A DNA stretch of 64,000 nt, from contig JASCQW010000109.1 in NCBI GenBank assembly GCA_030264375.1, positions 51,639,263 through 51,703,262 on the forward strand, in the 5' to 3' direction. Numbering within the stretch: the stretch's first letter is position 1; every line of letters starts with the position of its first letter. Below are positions 63,061 through 64,000 of the stretch, piece by piece. Under the pieces are notes generated by a model. It was not told where the DNA came from. It worked only from the letters and a program-made list of their open reading frames with translations, and ran no database searches. This stretch comes from Carcharhinus longimanus (lineage: Eukaryota). The translations under genes and the position numbers were made by a program.

Positions 63061-64000
63061 GAACATGCTTCTACTGGCTTGATTCATTATTCAATAAGAT
63101 CATGGGCAAACCTCAATATCAATTATACATTCCTGTCTTATTCTTTGATTTTCTTAAGGATAGAGAGATTGAGTCTGTGTTGGATATATTCAGCAACTTA
63201 ACATCTACAGCTGACATACTGAATTCAAAATGTAAATTGCTCCCCTCTCCACAGATGCTGCCAGACATGCTGGAGTTTGCCGGCATCTTGCAATTATAGT
63301 TTATAAATACACATACTTTAAAAAATGTTCTAGTTTCTTTCCTTCTTAAAGGCATTCTCCTACTTAAACCATCGGACTGCCTAAATTGAAAAATTCAAGT
63401 TATATTCTTTTAATATAAATAAGATGGAAAATGTTGAAGGCTGGTGTAGTTTAAGCCCAGTGAGCTATTCTACTTCAGAAATGAACAGTTGGAGATTTTT
63501 TGCAAAACAAAATCCCTGAAGAAATTAAACCACGATTTTATGGACTGAGTAACGCTGTTTTATTTTATTTCTTAAATTTAAGAGCAGCAAACCAGCCATT
63601 TGAGGAAATACTTCAAACCTTCCTTTCAATGACATAATTTCTGGCAGTGCTGGGGAGCAACATTCATCAATTCCGTCATATTAAAGCAAAACTCCCATTT
63701 CTTCAGGAAAGGGAGGCACTGATTGAATTTATGTTTTTTTCCACAAGTGGTGCATTGACAAATACACTTACAGTAAATGGCGGACACTTTTGATTTGAAA
63801 TGTTTACATTAAAGGGTTCAAAGTAATTTAGTTTCGCAACAAAAACTATTTTGTTCAAATTTAACAAACAAAACAAGATATTTCGCCTCTCCAGCAGGGG
63901 GGTTTTTCTTTAAAAAAAAAGATACTACCAAGACATATCCCCTCAGAAGTTGGAAATGGTGTGTGGTATTATTTGTTGGAACATTTTCTGTCCAGAGGAG

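Noticed and set aside
51209-64000. Upstream PDLIM4 exons (PDZ domain and following short exon)
   Set aside because: No matching exon found by eye; probably outside the window.

Overview
Vertebrate genomic DNA, very probably a shark: it is dense in HE1/V-SINE-type SINEs, CR1/L2 LINE fragments and SacSINE1-like DeuSINE remnants. It comes from a draft assembly with several N gaps. The only host gene I can support is the 3' part of PDLIM4 (RIL) on the minus strand: four GT-AG exons (51027-51208, 43247-43404, 41458-41578, 39590-39785) that splice in frame to 218 aa plus stop. They encode a ZM-like motif, the ALP-family middle motif and the C-terminal LIM domain. I did not find the PDZ exons, which probably lie beyond position 64000. 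The rest is decayed mobile DNA: two V-SINE subfamilies, CR1, L2/CR1-like and RTE LINEs, two Gmr1-type Gypsy relics (LTR+PBS+gag; protease-integrase), a Penelope GIY-YIG relic and short TIR elements. The most interesting observations are (1) a family of ~200 bp palindromic Penelope-like inserts with target-site duplications whose arms carry a minimal hammerhead-ribozyme motif, (2) a U2 snRNA-headed chimeric retro-element, and (3) a retained ZASP-like motif and a rewritten C-terminal PDZ-binding tail in this PDLIM4. Repeat boundaries were set by eye and are approximate. Family names come from recalled consensus sequences, not database searches.
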